DNA of 64,000 nucleotides from Escherichia coli (GTDB taxonomy: Bacteria > Pseudomonadota > Gammaproteobacteria > Enterobacterales > Enterobacteriaceae), in NCBI RefSeq assembly GCF_030013595.1, contig NZ_CP122768.1; one strand, given 5' to 3'. The notes below the pieces were generated by a model that worked only from the letters and a program-made list of their open reading frames with translations, ran no database searches and was not told the origin of the DNA. The stretch's first letter is position 1, and every line of letters begins with the position of its first letter. The position numbers were made by a program, and so were the translations under genes. Of the stretch, positions 44,191-53,565 are shown piece after piece.

Positions 44191-46689
44191 TTAGATCACC
44201 TCTGGGGCATTGCCGGTGATGGCTTTGACATCTGCCAGCAGATCGCCAAACTTGCCGTAGTTAACCTTAACGCCATCGTCGAGATCAATACTGATTCTCA
44301 TATCAGCATAGTGACGCAGGCGGTCGTCATAACTACGCAGTTCGCTGAATTTTTTGATCAGGCTGTCGCGTTCGCGTTTCAGACGTGTGGCTTCGCCGCC
44401 AGAAGCCTCATCAAGTTGATCGTTCAGGCGATCGATATTGGCCTGATAACGCGCCAGCAGCGGTACAACATATTCGGTACGCATTCTCGACAGCGTAGCG
44501 TCGTTATAGCGATGCAGATACACCAGGCACTCAAAGGCTTTCTCTTTGCCGGAGCTGAATAGCCAGTAGATTGGCCGCTTTTTATACATCTTCATATGAT
44601 CTTTCCAGAACTGGGTGGAAAGATAGCGGCGAATGGTCTCCAGCGCAGATTCGCCTTTTTTCGGCTTGATCGCGTATAAACAGAGACTTTCGGCGATAAA
44701 TTCGAGGTTTTCCTGCAGGTGCTCTTCACCCCAGACAGTGCGGACAAACTCTTTGACGCGAGAGGTGACGTCGTCCTCAAACCACTCGTCATCCATCAGC
44801 GGCAGGATACCGTCACTGTCGGCTGGGAAGGTTTTGTAGGCACCTTCGGCGACGAGATCGGCGAAGCCTTTGTTGCCTTCATGGGCGTAGACAAGGCCTT
44901 CGCGATCGAGGGAGTAACGGCCCATTTGGCAGCCGATGATGTAGGAAGTTAACTCAGAAAATATGTCACTACATTGACGGTGGTTTATTTCATCAAGATT
45001 ATTCTTATTTGGATATTTAAAGGTTGAATTCGAATCTAAAGCTATCTTTGAAATAGAAACATTCGGCTCTATCAAACCTAAAAGATTATATGTTTCTAAC
45101 AATTTTTGATTGTTTTTCGTTTCGAGTAATTGTGTTCTCACAACTCTATTCTGCCATGATTCTTTCATTTGATTGTAAGAATTTGATATTTTTTCATTTT
45201 TAAAATCTAATAAAGGATGATTTTTGAAAGACCACGAACTTTCATGTTCATCCCAATCTGATTTTGAAAGTTCTATGAGTTCGCGAACTTGAGATACAAT
45301 TTCCTGCTTATATTTTTCTATGACAGGCACTTTACCCACAGGGCCTTCATGGAAGTCTAGTGTCGGGGATAAAGCTTCAAGTATTTTTTCCGCTATTGGG
45401 CTATTCATTAATGCCAGCGCATAAAAAAGAGAATCTTGATTGTCACTAAAGCAAACAGAGCCTTTTGTTTCGAAAAGAAAACCCTCAGGGCTGTAGCGCA
45501 TGGATAAATATGATGATGAAATTGTAGACCAAGTAATTCCTTCCTTAAAATAATATCTTTCATTACGGATTACTGAGCCTTCGTAAGATTTCATTTCTGC
45601 ACCATTTTTATCCCAGTTCACAACCAAATCATTGTTTCCAAACCATTTTCTGTACGCCCCTCCTTTGTTGCAGGGAAACCATTTAGAAGCATTTTTGTCA
45701 TCCATGTATGAATTAAATTGGCTAAATTTTGTTAGGGAAATTTCACTCCATCTTCTCAAAAATAAATCATTATTACCTGTGGCAAATCCTTGTCTTGGTA
45801 CAGAGTAAACTTGAACTGGTGTACCCAATGTAAAGCAAGACAGTATTTTAGGGTTTACCCAATATGCAATAGGATAACCGGGTATTTTTTTGAAATCACT
45901 TGCAGTAGCATTTTTTAAACGCTCATTTTTTACAGGGAACTCTTCTGGGTATCCTTTTTCATTGATATCGTCATTTTCCGCATAGGAGAAGGAGCCCTTA
46001 TAAGATGGAGTATTCGTATTTCTAAATACAGTAGCATTTGTACCAAAAGCAATTTTCATAACTCCATTGCCCATATGCACCATAGTTTCGATTGTATAAT
46101 TAGTGAGGATATTTTTACGCATGTTTTCAAAACTGGAAAGGAACATCCAGGATTGCATTGTTACCATTGAGTTGAAACCAGCATTTTTCAACCAAAGGAA
46201 ACCACGCTCAATAAACATAGCAAACAAATCAGACTTACTATCTGGGAAATTATTTTTGGCAAACTCTTTCAGCTCACCATTCATTCCCTTACTGCCCATA
46301 TACGGCGGATTCGCCACCACTGCATCATATCGCTGCGCTAAAATCCACGCCTGCTGAATAAACGGAATAAACGCTTTCGCCGCCGCTTTCTGTTGGAAAT
46401 CGCCCTCCTGTTCCAGGCGATACAGCGCGTCCAGAAATACCTTCAGTTCCGCTTCTTCTTCCTGCGGTATCTGAATCAGTGAGCCCAGCGTTTTTGCATT
46501 CACAAAGCGTTTCAACGTGCGCATCAGCAGCTGATATTCTGCGCTGTCAGTTTGGGTTAACGCGGTATTTTCAGCAAACATATCCCCCATGCTGCCGGTT
46601 TGTACCTGCTGGTGGAAATTGAGCTGCTGCCAGAGTTTGGCGATATCCAGATGCAAACTTTCCTGCAAAGAAACAATATTCAGACGCAC
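44191..46689 (-). pseudogene. pglX: BREX adenine methyltransferase PglX, 5'-truncated by IS903-like element
   Basis: 832-aa reading frame with N6-adenine MTase motif IV (VVANPPY); the frame runs to within 3 bp of the IS inverted repeat at 46693; full-length PglX is roughly 1200 aa. Confidence 0.75.
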
Positions 46690-46692
46690 ATC

Positions 46693-47749
46693 GGCTTTGT
46701 TGAATAAATCAGATTTTGGGTAAGTCTCCCCCGTAGCGGGTTGTGTTTTCAGGCAATACGCACGCTTTCAGGCATACCTGCTTTCGTCATTTTGTTCAGC
46801 GCTCGTACCAGGGCCATAGCCTCCGCAACCTGACCATCGTAGTCACGCAGCGTCAGTGAACCCCCGAACAGCTGTTTTACCCGGTACATCGCCGTTTCCG
46901 CTATCGAGCGACGGTTGTAATCTGTTGTCCATTTCCACCGCGCATTACTCCCGGTCATTCGCTGATTAGCCACTGCACGGTTACGGTCTGCATATTCACC
47001 GGGCCAGTAACCCGCACCTTTTCGGGGAGGGATAAGCGCGCTGATTTTCTTACGCCGCAGTTCATCGTGACATAGCCGGGTATCGTAAGCGCCATCGGCG
47101 GCGGCTGACCTGATTTTCCGGTGGGTTTGCCGGATTAACCCGGGGAAGGCCTCTGAGTCCGTAACGTTGTTCAGCGACAGGTCAGCGCAGATGATTTCAT
47201 GTGTTTTACTGTCAACGGCGAGATGCAGCTTACGCCAGATACGGCGGCGTTCCTGGCCATGCTTTTTGACTTTCCACTCGCCTTCACCGAAGACCTTCAG
47301 CCCGGTGGAATCAATTACCAGGTGTGCGATTTCACCCCGGGTGGGCGTTTTGAAACTGACATTAACCGACTTTGCCCGCCTGCTGACACAGCTGTAATCC
47401 GGGCAGCGTAGCGGAACGTTCATCAGAGAAAAAATGGAATCAATAAAGCCCTGCGCAGCCCGCAGGGTCAGCCGGAATACGCGTTTAATCACCAGAACGG
47501 TGGTGATGGCGAGATCAGAATAGCGCTGGGGCCTTCCTCGTGATGAAGGCGTTGCCGACTCATACCAGGCCTGAATCGCTTCATCATCCAGCCAGAAAGT
47601 GAGGGAGCCACGGTTGATGAGAGCTTTGTTGTAGGTGGACCAGTTGGTGATTCTGAACTTTTGCTTTGCCACGGAATGGTCTGTGTTGTCGGGAGGATGC
47701 GTGATCTGATCCTTCAACTCAGCAAAAGTTCGATTTATTCAACAAAGCC
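46693..47749. mobile_element. IS903-like insertion sequence (IS5 family), 1057 bp
   Basis: Terminal inverted repeats ggctttgttgaataaatc at 46693-46710 and its reverse complement at 47732-47749; no 9-bp target duplication in the flanks (acgcacatc vs cccccaaac). Confidence 0.9.
46749..47717 (-). CDS. IS903-family transposase
   Basis: 322 aa, ...KDQITHPPDNTDHSVAKQKFRITNWSTYNKALINRGSLTFWLDDEAIQAWYE..., matching the recalled IS903 transposase. Confidence 0.9.
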   Translation of the reverse strand: MKDQITHPPDNTDHSVAKQKFRITNWSTYNKALINRGSLTFWLDDEAIQAWYESATPSSRGRPQRYSDLAITTVLVIKRVFRLTLRAAQGFIDSIFSLMNVPLRCPDYSCVSRRAKSVNVSFKTPTRGEIAHLVIDSTGLKVFGEGEWKVKKHGQERRRIWRKLHLAVDSKTHEIICADLSLNNVTDSEAFPGLIRQTHRKIRSAAADGAYDTRLCHDELRRKKISALIPPRKGAGYWPGEYADRNRAVANQRMTGSNARWKWTTDYNRRSIAETAMYRVKQLFGGSLTLRDYDGQVAEAMALVRALNKMTKAGMPESVRIA

Positions 47750-48100
47750 CCCCCAAACTGTCAGTCCATGCATCTTTCGTCCCTGGTGTGTTACATGAAC
47801 ACACGTCACTTTTATCTCCTGGCAGAATAAACAAATTTTACAGGTTTTTTCTTCCCCGGGATTCAGCCTCACTCCCTGCTTGCTCAGCAACCATCTGCTG
47901 TTGTTGCCGGGTATGACTGTCTGCATGGCATGCATTTGTTGTATCTGTGCTGACTGAATACGATAAAAATTTCTGGTTAATGACGATCGATATCATCTAT
48001 CGATTCGATCGATTTTATTCAATTGAGACTATCGCATGGCGGGTTTTAAAATGCACTGAGTACTGCTTGCAGCAACGGAGCAATAACGGAGATAATTGAA

Positions 48101-48841
48101 ATGAAAAAGGTTTTTGCTGTTTCAGTGGTGGCCGCAGCCTGTGTATTTGCAGCAAATGCAGGTGCTGAGGAAGGTAAAAGCGGTTTTTATCTGACCGGTA
48201 AAGCCGGTGCCTCTGTGGTGTCACTTTCAGACCAGCGTTTCCTGTCAGGAGATGAGGAAGAAACGTCAAAGTATAAAGGCGGCGATGACCATGATACGGT
48301 ATTCAGTGGCGGTATTGCGGCCGGTTATGATTTTTATCCGCAGTTCAGTATTCCGGTTCGTACAGAACTGGAGTTTTACGCGCGTGGAAAAGCTGATTCG
48401 AAGTATAACGTAGATAAAGACAGCTGGTCAGGTGGTTACTGGCGTGATGACCTGAAGAATGAAGTGTCAGTCAACACTCTGATGCTGAATACGTACTATG
48501 ACTTCCGGAACGACAGTGCATTCACACCATGGGTATCCGCAGGGATTGGTTACGCCAGAATTCATCAGAAAACAACTGGTATCAGTACTTGGGATTACGG
48601 GTACGGGTACAGTGGGCGTGAGTCGTTGTCACACTCAGACTCTGCTGACAACTTTGCATGGAGCCTTGGGGCTGGTGTCCGTTATGACGTAACCCCGGAT
48701 ATCGCTCTTGACCTCAGCTATCGCTATATTGATGCAGGTGACAGCAGTGTGAGTTACAAGGATGAGTGGGGCGATAAATATAAATCAGAGGTTGATGTTA
48801 AAAGTCATGACATCATGCTTGGTGTGACTTATAACTTCTGA
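48101..48841 (+). CDS. Hek/Hra/Tia-family outer membrane beta-barrel adhesin/invasin
   Basis: 246 aa with signal peptide MKKVFAVSVVAAACVFAANA, alternating aromatic beta-strand pattern and C-terminal ...GVTYNF typical of small OM barrels. Confidence 0.7.
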   Translation: MKKVFAVSVVAAACVFAANAGAEEGKSGFYLTGKAGASVVSLSDQRFLSGDEEETSKYKGGDDHDTVFSGGIAAGYDFYPQFSIPVRTELEFYARGKADSKYNVDKDSWSGGYWRDDLKNEVSVNTLMLNTYYDFRNDSAFTPWVSAGIGYARIHQKTTGISTWDYGYGYSGRESLSHSDSADNFAWSLGAGVRYDVTPDIALDLSYRYIDAGDSSVSYKDEWGDKYKSEVDVKSHDIMLGVTYNF

Positions 48842-49000
48842 CGAAACTGCTCCTGAAAGATAATAATTACTTATCTTCTGTAATTAAAAGGAAACACCCT
48901 GCAGTAATTATACTGCAGGGTTGTCTGTTATCTGTTTTACAGATAATTTCTGATTTTTATTATCCTGTTCTCTTCATAATAATATTGTCGATATACTCCG

Positions 49001-50500
49001 ATGAATATCAGAAAACTGTTTTGTCCGGGCGACACACCCCGGATTTTATTGTTTTTATTCTTTTTTGTTATTTCTGTGATAATCACAATTGCATGCGGAT
49101 ACACTGAGAAGAATGCCACAGGAAATGTGCTGCTTCTGTTTCTCCTTCTTCTCCTTGCACACAGAAATACCCTCACATCCATTACAACGCTGTTATTTCT
49201 GTTCTGTTGTGCACTGTATGCGCCTGCGGGTATGACGTACGGTAAAATCAACAACAGTTTTATTGTCGCGTTGCTGCAGACCACGGCTGATGAGGCTGCA
49301 GAGTTTACCGGGATGATTCCTGTTTATCATTTTCTGGTCAGTGCCGCGATTCTGGTATTCATGGTGATTTTCTGGCGGACACACCACCGCGGTCACCGTA
49401 ACTGGCTGGCACTGCTGCTGTTCGTATTATGCTCTGTAAACAGCTGGCCGTTGCGGATGGTTAAAGGAATTGTTGTGGGAACAACTGACACATTGCGTGA
49501 AATGCAGCGTTATAAACAACTGAGTCAGCACGGGGCTGACAACTGGAAAATCCTGCCGGGAACACCGTTGTATGACTCGATTGTTATCGTTACTGGTGAG
49601 AGTGTGCGCAGGGATTATATGTCGGTATATGGCTATCCCGTGCCAACCACACCATGGCTGAATACGGCTCCCGGTTTATTTATTGACGGCTATACATCGG
49701 CAGCAGCCAGTACCGTACCTTCCCTGAGCCGGACACTGATTTATGACTATGAGCAGAACCCTGACTCCGGCAACAACGTGGTGGCGCTGGCAGCAAAAGC
49801 AGGATACAGCACATGGTGGATATCCAATCAGGGAAAACTGGGAGAGCATGACACACGCATCTCTGTTATTGCTTCTGATGCGGAGCATACCGTTTTCCTC
49901 AAGAAAGGCAGCTTCGCTTCCCGTAAAACGGATGACATGTTGTTGTTACAGGAAACAGAACGTGCGCTGGCGGATAAATCCTCGCCGAAGGTGATTTTCC
50001 TGCACATGATTGGCTCTCATCCGAATCCGTGTGACCGACTTAACTCCTGGCCGAATTATTACCTGGAGCAGTATCCCCGAAAGATTGCCTGTTACCTCGC
50101 CAGCATCAGTAAACTGGATAACTTTCTCGGTCAGCTTGATGGTATCCTTCGCCGGCATTCCCGTCACTTTGCAATGCTTTACTTTTCTGACCATGGGCTG
50201 TCGGTCAGCGACAGTGCTAATCCTGTTCATCATGATGGTCATGTGCAGGGGGGCTACAGCGTTCCCCTGATTATTACCGCCAGTGACATCACGTCTCATC
50301 AGTCCGTCAGCAGGAAAATCAGTGCCCGTAATTTCGCAGGCATTTTTCAGTGGCTGACCGGTATTCGTACCGAAAATATACCGCCATTCAATCCGCTGAC
50401 AGACGAAGATAATGAACCCGTTATGGTTTTTAACGGAGAGAAAAATGTGCCGGCAGACAGTCTGAAACCGCAGCCACTTATTCTTCCGGACCACAGGTAA
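49001..50500 (+). CDS. Phosphoethanolamine transferase-like protein (sulfatase/alkaline phosphatase superfamily, EptA/OpgE-like)
   Basis: 499 aa: N-terminal hydrophobic helices followed by a soluble domain with conserved metal-site-like segments (IVTGESVRRDY, HMIGSHPNP, FSDHG). Confidence 0.65.
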   Translation: MNIRKLFCPGDTPRILLFLFFFVISVIITIACGYTEKNATGNVLLLFLLLLLAHRNTLTSITTLLFLFCCALYAPAGMTYGKINNSFIVALLQTTADEAAEFTGMIPVYHFLVSAAILVFMVIFWRTHHRGHRNWLALLLFVLCSVNSWPLRMVKGIVVGTTDTLREMQRYKQLSQHGADNWKILPGTPLYDSIVIVTGESVRRDYMSVYGYPVPTTPWLNTAPGLFIDGYTSAAASTVPSLSRTLIYDYEQNPDSGNNVVALAAKAGYSTWWISNQGKLGEHDTRISVIASDAEHTVFLKKGSFASRKTDDMLLLQETERALADKSSPKVIFLHMIGSHPNPCDRLNSWPNYYLEQYPRKIACYLASISKLDNFLGQLDGILRRHSRHFAMLYFSDHGLSVSDSANPVHHDGHVQGGYSVPLIITASDITSHQSVSRKISARNFAGIFQWLTGIRTENIPPFNPLTDEDNEPVMVFNGEKNVPADSLKPQPLILPDHR

Positions 50501-50620
50501 TCATATATGGCAAACTGTAATACAGTCTCTTGTACTGAAAAGGATTCTGTATAGAATAGAACCTGTATTCATATCAGCACAAGGGACCACCAAATCCCGG
50601 CAGCATTCCTTACGTCAGTT

Positions 50621-50654
50621 ATCCCGCATCACCCTGTGGGTGCGGGATTTTTTA
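50621..50654 (+). terminator. Rho-independent terminator after the transferase gene
   Basis: atcccgcatcaccc tg tgggtgcgggat stem-loop followed by tttttta. Confidence 0.55.
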
Positions 50655-50821
50655 TGATGTTTCTTTTTATTGAATATATATAAATAACGAATAACTGCGG
50701 ATTCTGATAATCCACCTGCAGGGAGCAATCCGGTAAACATTTAATACATCAGTTAATATCGTTTTGCCTTTTTTAACAAAAAATAATCCCCGGGTGGTTC
50801 CCGGGCATTTTCCCGGGAGGA

Positions 50822-52087
50822 TTATTGTTTTAATGGATTATTAATCTTTGCATATTCAAATGGACTGATAAATCTTTCTCTGTTTGCATCCAGAAAATCG
50901 GCCCACCACTGTAGCATAAGTCGACGTTCTTCCAGATGTTCGGCTTTATGGATATACGCAGCACGTACACCATTACGCTCCTGATGGCTCATCTGGCGTT
51001 CCACAGCATCGCGGGACCACAAACCTGATTCTATTAATGCACTACATGCCATCGCCCGGAATCCATGACCACAGACATCCTGGGTTGTGTCATACCCCAT
51101 AACCCTCAGGGCTTTATTTACGGTGTTTTCACTGATTGGTTTACGTGGGTCATGTGCTCCCGTAAAGATCAGACCATTTTCACCTGCCCATGTCTGAAGT
51201 TCTGCCAGTATGGCTACAGCCTGTTGGCTGAGTGGCACAAGATGTGGTGTTCGCATCTTGGAGCCCCGGTATGAAAATTTTACGCCTGGCAGAGGTTCGC
51301 GTTCGGCTGGAATAGTCCACATGGCATTGTCAATATCAATTTCAGACCAGCGGGCATATCTGAGTTCACTGGAACGAATAAAAACCAGTAAATTCAGCAT
51401 AACTGCCAGTCGGGTGACAGGCTGGCCTTTATAACCGTCAATACGCGACAAAAGTTCAGGCAGGCGAGAAAGATCAAGAGCGGGGCGATGCTGGCGTTTT
51501 ACAGTGGTCAATGCACCAGCCATATCCAGAGCCGGGTTATATCTGATGATGCCAGACTGTACGGCATAACGCATTACAGCAGATATTCTTTGCTGCAGAC
51601 GACTGGCGATTTCATAAATTTGTTTAGCTTCTGCAGCACGAACAGGGATAAGCAGGTCCGGGGTACTGAGTGTTGTGATATCCCGGTTGCCGATAAAGGG
51701 GAAAACGTGTGTCTCGAGGCTTTTGAGTACTTTATCGCTGTGTGATTGTGCCCATTGTTTATTACTGGCATGCCAGCGTCGTGCAATATGTTCAAAAGAG
51801 AGTTGTAAATCAGGGACTACTTTTTTAGCTCTTTTCTGTTCGCAAGGGTCAACCCCCTCCGAAATCAGTTTTCGGGCCTCATCCCGTTTTGTACGAGCTT
51901 CGGAGAGAGAAACTTCCGGATACACACCAAGTGCCAGGGTTTTCTCCTTACCCAGAATACGATAACGGAGACGCCAGTAACGGGAACCATTAGGATGAAC
52001 CAGCAGGAACATGCCGGCCCCGTCAGTGAGTTTATAAGCCTTGTCAGTGGGCTTTGCAGCCCGGATTTTTGCGTCAGTCAGTGCCAT
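50822..52087 (-). CDS. int: P4-type tyrosine integrase
   Basis: 421 aa, MALTDAKIRAAKPTDKAYKLTDGAGMFLLVHPNGSRYWRLRYR..., classic P4-like integrase N-terminus with C-terminal catalytic region; adjacent to tRNA-Phe. Confidence 0.9.
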   Translation of the reverse strand: MALTDAKIRAAKPTDKAYKLTDGAGMFLLVHPNGSRYWRLRYRILGKEKTLALGVYPEVSLSEARTKRDEARKLISEGVDPCEQKRAKKVVPDLQLSFEHIARRWHASNKQWAQSHSDKVLKSLETHVFPFIGNRDITTLSTPDLLIPVRAAEAKQIYEIASRLQQRISAVMRYAVQSGIIRYNPALDMAGALTTVKRQHRPALDLSRLPELLSRIDGYKGQPVTRLAVMLNLLVFIRSSELRYARWSEIDIDNAMWTIPAEREPLPGVKFSYRGSKMRTPHLVPLSQQAVAILAELQTWAGENGLIFTGAHDPRKPISENTVNKALRVMGYDTTQDVCGHGFRAMACSALIESGLWSRDAVERQMSHQERNGVRAAYIHKAEHLEERRLMLQWWADFLDANRERFISPFEYAKINNPLKQ

Positions 52088-52242
52088 AGTTCAGCCTTCT
52101 GAATGCGTTAAAGAGGGTACAAATTCTGTCGAACTGGGGTATACCCGCAATTATACCCACACAATGGGGTTGATGTGGGGGGAATCTGGTTGAGTTCGGT
52201 AGAATTGATTTGGAGGCAGAACGCTTAAATTGTGGCGTTCTG

Positions 52243-52273
52243 AAACGAAAAACGGACCTCCGTGGAGGTCCGT
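52243..52273 (-). terminator. Terminator just downstream of the tRNA-Phe 3' end (minus strand)
   Basis: Stem acggacctc/gaggtccgt with loop cgtg; followed on the minus strand by ttttcgttt. Confidence 0.5.
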
Positions 52274-52284
52274 TGATATGAATT

Positions 52285-52360
52285 TGGTGCCCGGACTCGG
52301 AATCGAACCAAGGACACGGGGATTTTCAATCCCCTGCTCTACCGACTGAGCTATCCGGGC
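52285..52360 (-). tRNA. pheV: tRNA-Phe (anticodon GAA)
   Basis: Reverse complement is GCCCGGATAGCTCAGTCGGTAGAGCAGGGGATTGAAAATCCCCGTGTCCTTGGTTCGATTCCGAGTCCGGGCACCA, 76 nt. Confidence 0.95.
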
Positions 52361-52465
52361 AACGGGGCGCATTAAACCTGATTCGCCTCGTCTCGTCAAT
52401 CAAATTTCTTCAATTTACTGCAGACTGCACAATCTATCATCACTTTGCCGCTAATGCACGCATTG

Positions 52466-53194
52466 TCAGGCAAACCAGGCGGTCCAGGCGGCGGAAAGCG
52501 GCATTGCCAGAAGGAGTGCTGGAAGCATGTTGACCACCGGGAACATTTTAATGCCACAGATGCGTAATCCGGTTGCCAGCAGCAATAAACCGCCTACGGC
52601 GCTGAAGTCTGCCATCATCGACGGTGTGGTCAGCGGTAATATCAGCGTGGCAGCCCACGCCAGCGTTAACTGGATGATCAGTAATGGGATACTAATCACC
52701 GATACCGCAATACCCAGCGAGCAGGCGAAGATCATCGCCGTAAAGAAATCAAGAAATGACTTGGCGATTAAAATACTCGGATCGCCGGTCATCCCTTCGT
52801 TCATCGCCCCGAAGATCCCGGTGCCGCTGGCGCAAAACAGGACAATAATCGCGACATAATTCTGAATAAAAGATTCATGCGCTGGCTTCTTACGTGAGTG
52901 GCGAAACAGATTTTGTGCTTTGGTGACCGCGGTATTGACGCCTTTTTCCAGCAGACAAATTTCGCCGATTAATGCACCGAGTAAGGTTGCTAACACCATC
53001 GCAGGAAGGTTGGCGCATTTCACCACCAGTAAAATACCAATCCCCAGCGATGCCAGACCAAAAATTGATGTCATGGAGACGCGGATACGTTCCGGTAAGC
53101 GTTGGCTAAGGAGTGCACCGAGAACGCCACCCAGTAATACTGCACTTGCGTTGATAAAAGGACCGATGACCACAAGAGTTCCTGTTAGCTGCAT
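52466..53194 (-). CDS. yqgA: YqgA (DUF554 family inner membrane protein)
   Basis: 242-aa polytopic membrane protein between pheV and speC. Confidence 0.8.
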   Translation of the reverse strand: MQLTGTLVVIGPFINASAVLLGGVLGALLSQRLPERIRVSMTSIFGLASLGIGILLVVKCANLPAMVLATLLGALIGEICLLEKGVNTAVTKAQNLFRHSRKKPAHESFIQNYVAIIVLFCASGTGIFGAMNEGMTGDPSILIAKSFLDFFTAMIFACSLGIAVSVISIPLLIIQLTLAWAATLILPLTTPSMMADFSAVGGLLLLATGLRICGIKMFPVVNMLPALLLAMPLSAAWTAWFA

Positions 53195-53565
53195 TATCTG
53201 ATTTTCTTATTATGAACGTTTGGCACCTTCGATGGCTTGTTTGTTCGCAAAGTCCTGGCTTGCACGCTCTGGTGAAAGGTGCCATGATTGCGCGAATTTT
53301 CTCCTCTCTGTACGGAGTTTGCCCGATGCACGCCACCTCCTTACATTCTCTCGCTTATCGCCGTTTCGCGCGAAACTCCTCCCCTTTTCTGCTCATGCGG
53401 TGAAGTTAACGCACGCTCACTGCAGGACAACAGTAAAATCAGAGCGTTTCTGCTTTTACTGATGTCTGGCGGTCGGAGCTGGTGACCAGTTTGACCCATA
53501 TCTCGTGGGGCAGGGTTTTTCACCTTGTCCGGTATTCTTACTTCCCCGAAACGGGTTTTGCGCTT

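Larger units (their letters stand above)
21857..52360. mobile_element. pheV-associated genomic island (about 30.5 kb) with P4-type integrase
   Basis: Bounded by intact tRNA-Phe (52285-52360) and its partial direct repeat (21857-21878); integrase next to the tRNA; AT-rich mosaic cargo. Confidence 0.8.

Noticed and set aside
53482..53565. N-terminal extensions in the ORF track for speC and other genes (glcG at 85, sslE at 5214, gspG at 17002, nupG to 57051, flu to 29947, cbeA to 24505)
   Set aside because: The track uses the first possible start, including TTG/GTG. Internal ATGs giving the recognised N-termini, often with better RBS spacing, were preferred.
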